The notes under the pieces: model-generated
What the model was told of the DNA's origin: nothing
What the model saw: only the letters and a program-made list of their open reading frames with translations
Database searches by the model: none
Source of the DNA: Podarcis bocagei
Lineage: Eukaryota
Reading direction: 5' to 3' (one strand)
DNA: 64,000 nt
NCBI GenBank assembly: GCA_964188305.1
Contig: OZ076886.1
Shown: positions 35,804-46,004 of the stretch, one piece after another
Layout: every line of letters starts with the position of its first letter
How positions within the stretch are numbered: position 1 is the stretch's first letter
Program-made: the position numbers and the translations under genes

Positions 35804-37937
35804 TTTCATTTTCGTGCACACTCATTTACAAAAATGTTTTTAAAAGAAAAGCAGCAAAGAAAAAGAAACTGCAAGGAATAGACACAATCCAGCTGTAAGT
35901 TCAGTACTTTTCAATGCCATTTATTTCAAAATTAGAGTTAAACTAGACTGTGGCTAGACTGTGCCCAGCATCTTGGGTTTTAATCACTGTATTGAAGCAA
36001 GGCAGACAGACACTTCATACATTTGGCTAACTGAGCAAGCAATCCCGTCTTCACTTTATAGGCTCACTGGGCTGCTTTCACATATGAGAAGCTGCTTTCT
36101 ATTAATATCTGGTTTCTCTTGCACTCAAGGAAAGCCACTGCCTTGTGGGGAGAGGACCAATCATCTGGAATAAGTAGTTTATCTGCATGCACAAAGAAAG
36201 ACGGGCTGCTTAAGCCCATCTATTTCTTCAGGCAGCTTAAGCTAAAATTGCTGCCTTGGATGTTGAAATCGATAAAATGTTCTCTAAGGCCCTCTAGCTA
36301 CATCCTTTTTATGTGTACTTCCTGCAAAAATAATAATAATAACAACCCGCAATTTATTTTTCAACAAAACACTTTGGCTTCTTTCTGCCAAAGAAAACCG
36401 CCCCAGGTAGCAGCTGGCAGTGACCCAGCTCTCCGCTGCTTTTAAAGGTGAAAGGCCGGTAGCTGTCTTGGGACCAAAATCTTTCCAAAATGAAATATAT
36501 GTGGTATGAAATTCTCCCAGAACCAGAGTCGAAACGGGTTCCAAAGTAGTTGGGATCAGAGCATTGCCTTGTGTGCCTGTTGGGATCATTGCATTCAATA
36601 AGAAGCAGTGTCTTTGTAGTGACACTCATCCTGCGTTGGAGACGCAACTTGTGAGGTATTGCTTTTATCAATTTCTCTTCTGTAGACCAGGCATGAATGC
36701 AGTTGTATAACGTTAATCATTAGATACCCAAGCTCATCATTACCCAGCACAAAAGGTGATCACAAACTACCCTTCCTTTGGCCATGGTGCATTAAGCATA
36801 ATAGATGCCAACATTCTGAATAAGCTCTAAGACTATAGCCTTACTGTGCTCTCTGCCTGGGCTGTACAGCTGAGATGATTAACGGGGGGCTCCCAGGCTC
36901 CAGCTCTCCCTGCCATCATTCTGCCTGGCCTGCTGCACCAGGCTGAATGGTCATGGCATTGCTTCTCAACTGGGAGGAGCCCATGTCACTGTATAGTATC
37001 AAGGAAAATCCACAAAGCCCTTTAACACAGCTTTGGTCCAACTTCCACTATTCACACTATATTAAATTTAAATCTTACTGCTATGCTAGGACAATCTGTA
37101 CGCCAATCCCATTGGCTTGATATCTCAGCTGCATGTAAAGCCTAGAAGTAAATTGGGATTGTTGCAGCACCAGGGAATAGCCTTGTTGAGATGTGTTGCT
37201 TTTTTAAGGCTGAATGTGAGCTACTAGGCCTGATTTGTACAATGTAGAACAGACAGCCTCAAAAGACTGATATTACTAGTGATGTCATTGGCACTACCCA
37301 ATCGGTGCCCAAAAAACTCAATGATAAGCTGTGAAACACCCACTTGTAAAGCAGGTTTGTGAGTTATGGGGCAAGACACCATTTTTTTTTTTTTAATATC
37401 AAACTGTGGGCTTAGGGTCAAACAGTAAATGCATAAGCATATTTCTGTAGGTATACTTCCCCATCAACACCCACACACATCTTGATTGGAACTGTGGAAC
37501 TCAACCCTGTCCCATTTCCCCAAAAAACTTTCCCCTGAAGTTGCTATTTATGCTGTAGCCTCTCATTCAGAAAAAACTGCACTAGGCGAGAGGGTTAAAA
37601 CTCCCTTCCTCCAGGGTGGTTGTTTCCTTGAATTAAAGATAGTGAGATGCAACAATGCGTTAAACATACTATCCTATTTGATGCTCTGTTGGTAAATGTG
37701 TTTTGCAGCAACAGAATCAGTAGCTGACAACTGTGTTTGTGGTAGAATAAAACTTTTGTGGGCAGGAGTGCCTTATGTCTAATTTGAATCCCGGAGTATG
37801 CCACAACTTGTGAGGTATTGCACTATTTTAAAACGCTAAAAGATAGCACTTTGGATTGAAGAGGACATGAGCTGCTGGCTATCTCAGAACTACCAATTTA
37901 GGGCCAAGCAGCAGCAATAATTGTTTTTTTGCATTCC

Positions 37938-38062
37938 AGAGGTAGCCAACATGGTGCCCTTCAGATGTTGTTTGACCAGCCCCAGCCAGCCTGTCCAATG
38001 GTCAGAGATTATGGGAGTTTGCGCCCAGCAACATCTGAAGAGCACTGTGTAGGCTACCCTTG
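37938..38062. mobile_element. Palindromic hAT-type MITE, degenerate
   Basis: cagaggtagccaac...cttcagatgttg...caacatctgaag...ggctaccc. Confidence 0.6.
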
Positions 38063-40554
38063 CTCGGTGCAGTTTTGATCTCTTGTCACTTTCAAGCAAT
38101 AACCTTCCCATGAAAAGTTTAACTGGTAAACAGTTGTTCAACATGCCACAGTAAAATGGCCGCCTATGCACTGTCTGCCCTAGATAGCTTTCTGCACAGC
38201 GATAAATAGGAGGCATTAAATCTGGTTATAGTCACATATCTAACAATTGTAAGCAATTGGATTTTAGGCTTCATCCTTTTGTCTTGCATAGAAATGGGCT
38301 GGGAAGACAGCTTGCTCATTATCAATGTTAACAGGTTAGTAATTATGTCAGGTTTAATGAAAATACACAAGTGGTATTTCTGGCACTTTTCTTCTCTTCC
38401 ATTTTATAAACATGGTCTATTAAACTTTCTATAAGACTCTTAACACTGCATTGACTCTTTTTTACCCTTGCATTTATTTATTTTTTTAAAAACCTTGTGT
38501 TGATTTATTAAATGTTCATGTTTAAAAAGTCTGTTGGATAGATAAGAGAGACTTGTCCCATTCAATAAATTTGTAGGTTTGCGGAGTCTGTTTTGATGAG
38601 GTAGCTAAGGGGATAAGGGATGACCAAGAGGGGATGTCATATAGCCATGGATCTTCCTATAAGGCAAGCCAGAATGTGAATAGCAGCAAACCTGCTTAGT
38701 TGTATATAAAGGTGAGACCCAACTCTCTGCCAAACCATCTTAGCACTAGTCATTCTCCTCTCCTGCATTCCCTTCCATGGCCAACTCCTGCTTGCTCTCT
38801 TCTTAATTTAATGAGAGTTGTCATCAGACAGCAGGGTCCCTGCCCTATGTTCTACACAGCACCTTGGACAGTGGCGGAATTAAATGTGGCTCAATAAACT
38901 GTGAGTTGGAACTTTTGGCAATAGAACTTCATTTTTAAAATGAAGTTAATTTACATTGTAATTGCCACATTATAGTTTACTCATTTTTTATTTATAAAAT
39001 CTCTATACCACCCTTCATGTGACATTCACAGGGCAGTTTACCATATAAAAATACAGAAAATAGTAACACATGAAAACACTAACCCTGACTAAAAGGCCCT
39101 AGATTGTTTGCCTGGCACCTTTCTAAACTAACTATATATACAATCCATGCTCTTGAACAGCCCCATATCTTTAAACTGCAGTTTGCAAAGAACATCCTGC
39201 TAGACTGTCCCCAACATTTGTAATATACTCAACAGGTGTCTGGTTGTATGTGAAAGTATCATAGTAGAGAGACTCTGTAGGGGAGCTTCTGTGGGAATCT
39301 GAGCTTTCTTTCACCCCCCCCCCCTTTTTCTGGCCACTTTTCATTTTATTTGAAGCTTAGATAAAATTCTCACAAATACGATCTTTCAGTTTTTTTTTCT
39401 ATTCTTTTACGTAGTTGTAAAACAACTCTCAGAAAGGAATAGAATGTTCCTAACCTTCCAATTCCAAGTACTTAAGGTGACATTGATGTGCTGGGGAGAT
39501 CACACATCTGATTGATTTTCACTGCTGGCCGGAGCTCCAGTGAGCGCCAGTTAATAACAGTTTTATGTATTTTTCAAAGCTTGATGACATCCTTTTTTTA
39601 TCCCAGATTGCAAAAACTTACCTCAAATCGCAAAGGCAGGAAAAAGTCTCAACCAATCTGTTATGTTAAAAAGTCATCAAGTTTGTTGACTGACAATTGC
39701 AAACAGCAATCAAGATATCCATGTTGTGTTAAAACTTTTGTTGACAAGAATTAGAGGCGGTTTGTCAGTTTCTGGACTGATCCACACCTGCATATAGATC
39801 ACCTGCTGTCAGGCTGACTTGTCACAAGCGCAAGAATGGCCATCCTTGACTAGCTCATTGATTTTCTGAAATTTTCATCAGCTGAATCTATTCTTGTGAA
39901 TTACAGAAGGTTCAGTTCACATCTGATGTGTATTAGGTCTGTGCTGTCATCCACAGAGCACAGTAGAATGTGGCCAGAAGTGGCATTAGTCTCATTTGAA
40001 CAGGTAACTTACTGCAGTAAGTAAGGTATGCTCTGTGATGCTGATGGTTTGATGTTAGGGGGATGCTGCAAATGAAGATGTACAGCAGTCATTTCACAAG
40101 TCTTCCATGAATCACATTTAGAAGCACATTAATGCCAGTCTGTGAGAATGCATATATTTACCCCTCTTCCATTAAAGCTAGTAAGAATTGCCAATTGTAA
40201 GACAGGTGCTTGGATATAATCAAGTTCAATTCTAGAAAATATTAAAACAGAAATATAAAAAAGCAGCCTGCAGAATCAAAATGTGTACAAAACCTACATT
40301 GTATGAGCATGAGGTGGCTGCCAGTATGTAGTTTTCCACTTGTGAAAAGTCCCATTGTGGACACAGAAAGGAGTGTACTCATGTCTGTGTTGCAGAAACT
40401 GACTCCCATCTCTCATCACATTTCTTCCTCTTAAAACACACAATCCGATTTCTGAGATCAAGCAAGTGTGCACAAACCACAGCTCAACAGTATGTGTTCC
40501 CTTATTTGTAGTTTGGCCCCATCTTGTGGCAACTTGGGAATAATGCAACTATTG

Positions 40555-40722
40555 TAGGAACACTGTAAGCTGTCTTTTATTGAGACTATTGGTCCATCTG
40601 GCTCAATATTGTCTCCACATTGACAGACAGTAGCTCCCCTGTTCTGGATAGATCTTTTCTAGTCCTACCTGGAGATACCAGGGATATAATGTGGGATGTT
40701 TTGCAGGCAAAGTATGTGCCAG
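40555..40722 (-). mobile_element. tRNA-derived squamate SINE (Squam3-like), degenerate
   Basis: taggaacactgtaagctg...ggtccatctggctcaatattgtc...cctacctggagataccagggat. Confidence 0.5.
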
Positions 40723-41990
40723 CAGACCACAGATGTCACTGGTGAAGTCAGCTTGCCAAACAAGAAAAAATGGTGACTGAGATTCTGTATTATATTTAGA
40801 GGCACAGAAGGAAAGGTTACTCTAGCATACCAAAGTGATGGCGAAATAGAAATGTGACTGACAACATATACATATTTGTGCACCTTAGGCAATGTGAGGT
40901 CAAGTTTACCTTAGAGTCATTTGGCATATTTACAAAGGGCCCATATTATACCTTTGGTTAGAAAAGTTTTTTTCTAGCTTATATTAATTTAACAGCTATT
41001 AAATAGGATGTTATTTGAACATGCAGCCTGCTGTGAAGGATATTCTTAAGCATGAACCTGGCAAAGATTGGAGTTAAGACAGCAGGATACAATAATGCTC
41101 ATGCATTTCCTCCAGGAACCAGAGAAGCAAACCAAGCAGACTGGGCACATAGATGACAGAGGCCTCTTCCAATGTTGTTATACTAGCTACAGTGCTTTAC
41201 CTTAAAAACACTCTTATGTTCCATCTTCACCATGCCCAATGTCAGGCAACAAAATTATCCATTTAAATCATGTGGAACAAGGCCATGACTAAGAGACTCA
41301 AAACCCACATTATTGTCTTGCTCTTTGCAAAGGACGTTTTTATCATCATAGTTCATTTGTGGAATTGCAAGGAGGAAGGATAGGTGAGATTATTCTATCT
41401 GGCAAGCTGAGATGTTTGTGCTGACGGACTAAATGTTAATAGGGCAAGTGGAATTTCACCAAATGTGTTTAGTTCTCCTAAAACAAGGCAGCTTCCACAT
41501 TTTAAGCCTACCAGCTAACTTTGTGTGAATTTTATCTGTTTAAATCACAAAACTGCTCCTTGTCATTTTCTAATCTGCCAGGTAAGGGCAGTCCAAAAGC
41601 TGACAGGTAAACCTATTGTGTTGGGCCTCCTTTAATTTACAAGCACATTTCTTGTTTCTTGCGCAGGCTATATTATCAACTGTTGTGGAAAGACAGGGTC
41701 TCAGCTGGTTTGATCTGACATAACTTAATGTTCATGATTATTGCAGCTGAAACTGAAGGAAGCTTGCGGCCACTTCTCTGGCATAGATGCTGTTTGTTTA
41801 TACCTGACTGAAATCTACCTGACACATATTAATGTTTGACAAGGCACTTTTTAATAGAGAAAGTGAAAAGATATTTTGGTGTAAATACGGATAAAATCAG
41901 CAGTATTCTATGGTCTGTTTGGTGCTTGTGTACTGAACTGAAAGCAAATTAAGTAGATGCTTTATAAATACACTTTTTCATGGGCAACTA

Positions 41991-42216
41991 CAGTGGTACC
42001 TCGGGTTAAGTACTTAATTCGTTCCGGAGGTCCGTACTTAACCTGAAACTGTTCTTAACCTGAAGCACCTCTTTAGCTAATGGGGTCTCCTGCTGCTGCC
42101 GCGCCGCTGGAGCACAATTTCTGTTCTCATCCTGAAGCAAAGTTCTTAACCTGAAGCACTATTTCTGGGTTAGCGGAGTCTGTAACCTGAAGCGTATGTA
42201 ACCCGAGGTACCACTG
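41991..42216. mobile_element. Tc1/mariner (Tigger/pogo-like) MITE
   Basis: Perfect 18-bp TIRs CAGTGGTACCTCGGGTTA, TA TSD, internal TAACCTGAA subrepeats. Confidence 0.92.
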
Positions 42217-42354
42217 TACCAGTGTGTGGAATGCAGAGCCCATGCACATCCCTGTTGCCAACCCATGGTACCAAACAGCACTGAAGAATGTGAGGAACAC
42301 TGAGAAGAGCTTCGCCTATCTTCAAAGTGGTCATGCAGGCATGCCACTAACACC

Positions 42355-42640
42355 AACCTGGAGGGCGGCAACGGGCCTCTTCTGTGGTGGCTCTCCCCAG
42401 GGAGGTTTCGCTGGCGCCTTCATTATGCACCTTTGGGTGCCAGGAGAAAACATTCCACTTCAACCAGGCCTTTGGCTGACTAACATCCTAAATCCCTTTA
42501 AATGTGTTTGTGGGAGGGGGTTGGGGGTTATTGGTTTGTTTTGCTTTTATTATGTATTTTGTGTTTTTATCTTGTATTTTTATGCCGTGAACCACTCTGA
42601 GATCTACAGATGAAGGGCAGTATATAAATCCAATCAATCA
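42355..42640 (+). mobile_element. L2-type LINE 3' end
   Basis: gggcctcttctgtggtggct...caggcctttggctga, T-rich UTR, gtgaaccactctgag...gaagggcagtatataaat tail. Confidence 0.55.
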
Positions 42641-42916
42641 ACAGAGCCAGAGATTCAAAAAGCCCTTAATGATTACAGAGCAGAATGGAAATCAGTCACA
42701 GCCCTCATGAGAGGAGATGCTACAACTTCCAGTTCACTAACTAGTTTGTGTGATATGAAAGAAAGAGGATTTGGCAAGAAGTTCAGTCCTGTACAAACTG
42801 AGCATACCTTTCCCCTACCCCCACCCCAAGAACTTGAAATTAATTGTGAGGGAGGAAGAAACTGTTACTTTGCCTCGACAAGCCAAGGAGGGGGGAAAAA
42901 CCATGCCTTTCCATTT

Positions 42917-42922
42917 TTTATT
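42917..42922 (-). terminator. Candidate DPYSL3 polyadenylation signal (AATAAA)
   Basis: Minus strand reads TTTGTACATTTTATTGAATAAAAAATGG, with an upstream TGTA element, about 650 nt after the stop. A longer 3'UTR cannot be excluded. Confidence 0.5.
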
Positions 42923-43572
42923 CAATAAAATGTACAAAGTAATAAAATCTCTAACAGGAAGGTGATACAACAGAGCCATTACAAAGATGGCTGAATTTTC
43001 CAATGGCCTCATGTAGTGCTCTGAGGCAACTATGTCTTGTCTGAATTTAGTGGAAACAGAAGAACATGGACACAATACACAGATCTACTTGGTCTGCCCC
43101 CCCGTCCACCTCCCACTACCCTGCCCCACCACCTTCTGCCCCCCCTTCCCCAACACTAAAACTCCTTGGTTGATTCTGCCCAAGTAAACTGGCTAAATAA
43201 ACAGCTCATGTCATTAGTTTCCCATCTTTAATCCAATCCCCTTCTTACAATGTGTTATCACACAAGCACTCACCATGTACAATTACATACTCTTAACTTA
43301 GTCACCTGTCAGATTTGCATGCATGTAAAAAAAAAGGGGGGGATATTAAGGCTATGAATAAACAGAAAAGAAAACCCGCAATATTTTTTAAAGCTAGGTA
43401 GCGAGTAGCATTTATGAAACATAAGGCTTGAGGCTTATTGATTCTTCAAAATCTGAACGCTTCTTCAGGTTGCTCTTTCCTTCTTAAATATCAAGGTACC
43501 ATTGCTTAGTTTTCTCAAATAACAGTTTCCCCCTTCCCTTCCCCCCTTCTCCCCTCCCTGAGTACTGGGTGC

Positions 43573-43661
43573 TTAACTCAGAGATGTTATATTGGAGCGG
43601 CCTCCTGGAGGTGCTACAATGCGCTTGCTTGCTGCACGAACACCTTCATCAATTTGGGTAC
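43573..43661 (-). CDS. DPYSL3: DPYSL3 last coding exon, (G)[28 protein letters not shown]
   Basis: cctgcag|GT ACC CAA...CTG AGT TAA. Confidence 0.95.
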
Positions 43662-45933
43662 CTGCAGGGCATACACAAGATGAAAGAGGGGGAAAAGCAG
43701 GAAAAGGAAGTTAGGTGCTTTTCTTCACAGGGCTAAGAAAAAGTAATACAGTGAAAGACCTGCTATGAAGGTTATTTTCTTGTCAACCATAAAATCTTAG
43801 AACACAATTGTTTTGGCACAGGTACAGCTAGCTAGCTAACTCTGGAAGTATCTATGCTCACCATAAAGGGAGAAGTGGCGGTAAATCATATAAAAAGTAG
43901 ATGACAGTCAACCATTCCACAGCAAAGAGTGGCACCTGGTGTGGCTTAACTTTCCTACTATTTGAGATCCCTGATAATCTGAATAGGTGGCTACAAATCT
44001 AGTGTGTGAAATCCACTAGTGGTCTTAACGCATAAATGCTGACAAAGGTTACAATAAGCATATGGAATGAGAAGACGTCCTCTTCCCTTCTCCGCCTAAT
44101 AGAATGAAACAAATCTCAAAACTGCCAGCTGGGTGAATTTGATTTTATTGCAGCTAGAGAAGCTGTACTAAATACCAGTGGCACCTTTTCCCTTGCCTTC
44201 TGCCTAGAGGTGTTGCAATCAATGTACCATCTTCTCACCCAATCAATGTACCATCTTCTTACCCAATCAGCTTAACAGATAGCTTACCCGATAGCTTACC
44301 CGATAAGCTAAATCCAGACTGGTGGAGATTCCTTACTGGGGGTGTCTGCCTGGTAGGTGATCCCCGAGTAGAGCCTGCAGGAGTGCCCCCTTTAGGTGTA
44401 GTGGTCAAGTCAAACACAGGCCCATCATACATGCCCCTTGGCACAGCATGCATCTCAGCCATCTGTCACAGGCAAGAGAAAAAAGCAATGTATTAGGCCA
44501 GTGGTTCTCAACCAGTGTGCCATGGCGCCTTGAATGGTGGTCAGGGGTGCAACACTGGCCTCTGTCCCTCTTTCCTTCCTTCCCTCGCTCCTCTGATGCC
44601 CTCTTGTGTCTCTGCCTCCCAAAGGCTGTTTGTTGCAGCAGCTCTGGCTACAAGCTCCCCAGGCGAATGGTGCCTCTTGGGCTGGTCACAGGGTGCTTCC
44701 CAGGTCCCTGTGGGGCAATGTGAGGAGACACCTCTCTTTGGGGCAGGGGGTGCCACTCAGAAACCAGGGGCGGCGGCAGCGGCCGCCCAGAGGACTCCCA
44801 AGGGGAGAGGAGGCTGAGGGAACATTCCACAAGGGAGGGTGTTCAAAAAAGGGTGAGAGGCTGCCAGCTGTGCAGACAAGGGGTGACATAACTGGGCTCC
44901 TGAGCCCCACAGGGGTGCCGCAGAAAGAATGTATTTGGTCAAGGGAGCCGTGGACCAATAAAGGTTGAAAACCCCTGTATTAGGCCTGGCTTCCCTCAAC
45001 TGTCGGCTCAACTGTCAGTGCAGAGGCCTTCACAGACTTCTCCATCATTGTCTCACCCATCCACAATTAGCAGAAGGGTGGGAGTGATATGATGGTTTAC
45101 TACAGATTTTGGTCTCGTAAACACAGTGAAAACATGCTACCAAGCAAGGCAATCTGAATAAGGAGAAGCTCTCTGAGGAAGGAACTGTAGCCATGCATTT
45201 CTCATTAATGATACACAGAAAGGGTCCCTTCTCAATTGTAGAAGCTACTACTCTATGGCTGCCTCTATGTCAAAGATAATGTCTGAAGTTCATGGCTGTA
45301 AGAGAGGAGACCGCATGACAGCTGTACCCAATATAAGCATGATACCTTCTAGAAACTAGGACAATGCTGGCTACTCCCATGTGAATCAGGGCTTCTGGTA
45401 GTATCTTCACAGCATGGGAAAGAGCTGTGGTGCACAGTTCCCTTGCCATAAAGCAGTATGAAGGAAGAGACACCATCATTAAAACCCTACATACTGGGCT
45501 TCTCTATCTTACCTTCCTCCTTGCTTTGATGCGCTTGTAGACATAGTCTGAGAAAGGGGTGCCAGGAATGAAGCGTCCTGTCCCCTGTGTCACATGAAGG
45601 TTGCCATCTTCCATCATTATCTTCCCCTGACATATGACAACCAAGGGGGCTCCACGTAGCTCCATTCCTTCAAAGATGTTGTATTCTGCTGCCTACAACA
45701 CATTGGAGTCAGACTCATTATGCATCAAGCCACCAGCCCACCTAAACCAGTGCCAAGTCCAACCCTCTACCCTGCGGGCCTACCCCTGCCTCTAGCCACC
45801 TGGCTGCTGCCCAGCAGAGTACTGCTTCTTATTTTAAATTGCTTTTAAATTGTGTTTTTAAAAATATATCTTTTAAAATTATTTTAACTGTTTTTAGCTG
45901 GGTTGACTGACACCCTATGCCCTTTTAAAATGT

Positions 45934-46004
<71 letters not shown>

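Noticed and set aside
44448-45011. Cluster of ORFs in many frames
   Set aside because: GC-rich interior of a non-autonomous hAT element with few stop codons; no recognisable protein motif.
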